Below the pieces are notes generated by a model that saw nothing but the letters and a program-made list of their open reading frames with translations, ran no database searches and was not told the DNA's origin. 64,000 nucleotides of DNA from Geobacter sp. UBA698 (GTDB taxonomy: Bacteria > Desulfobacterota > Desulfuromonadia > Geobacterales > Pseudopelobacteraceae). Numbering within the stretch: position 1 is the first letter of the stretch; each line of letters starts with the position of its first letter. Below are positions 63,868 to 64,000 of this stretch, in pieces. The stretch covers positions 3,713 through 67,712 of the forward strand of contig DBMM01000028.1 in assembly GCA_002298925.1 (NCBI GenBank). The letters are read 5' to 3'. Position numbers and translations under genes: made by a program.

Positions 63868-64000
63868 TTTTTTGGACACAGGGTGCTCCCCGCTTGAATA
63901 TACTTCGAAGTCTAACACGAGGTACCCGGCTGTCAAGGAGTGGAATCCTACAGGGCGGCTTTTTTGGTTGACGCCACCCTCTGGCGCAGCTTTATGGCCG

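Overview
This is a high-GC chromosomal segment (about 58-62% GC by eye, not computed). Its gene content suggests a Desulfuromonadales/Geobacter-like deltaproteobacterium. The clues are Ehr-type hydrogenase-related clusters, many sigma-54/two-component regulators, a hydrogenase-like enhancer-binding protein next to a small HgtR-like gene, and an OmpA protein with TSP3 repeats.

Nt 1-18,600 hold two diverged six-gene membrane complexes that resemble group-4 [NiFe] hydrogenases. Each has HyfB/C/E/F-like membrane subunits, a NuoCD-like 'large' subunit and a NuoB-like 'small' subunit. Both large subunits lack the Ni-Fe ligand cysteines, which places them in the 'Ehr' class of unknown function. Cluster 1 is split by a low-GC AAA-ATPase cassette. 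Between the two clusters, on the opposite strand, lie an HTH-PTS-EIIA regulator translationally coupled to a third, orphan HyfB/NuoL-like subunit, and a MazEF-type toxin-antitoxin pair.

Nt 18,800-64,000 are mainly housekeeping genes:
- Translation, RNA and DNA: rplU-rpmA, RNase G with a fused radical-SAM protein, tRNA-Leu(CAG), a YhaM-like exoribonuclease, EndoQ-like protein, radC.
- Metabolism: threonine aldolase, hemB, a LarA-like protein, a large NAD-glutamate dehydrogenase, hemY, ispF, an FAD protein.
- Envelope and transport: an L,D-transpeptidase, OmpA, mreB, an ADP-heptose operon (GT2-gmhA-unknown-hldE), two PPIases, DUF47-PiT, uppP.
- Chaperone and signalling: a CbpA-like protein and a two-component/USP cluster.

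Three other points stand out in this part of the window. A sigma-54 activator carries an [FeFe]-hydrogenase-like sensor domain and sits upstream of a sigma-54 promoter and a 61-aa RHH-like gene. A response regulator carries a c-di-GMP-type MshEN domain. A hairpin/iteron-like intergenic repeat occurs twice.

I saw no transposase, integrase, CRISPR array or rRNA. All calls rest on reading the supplied translations and DNA by eye. No database search or alignment program was run.
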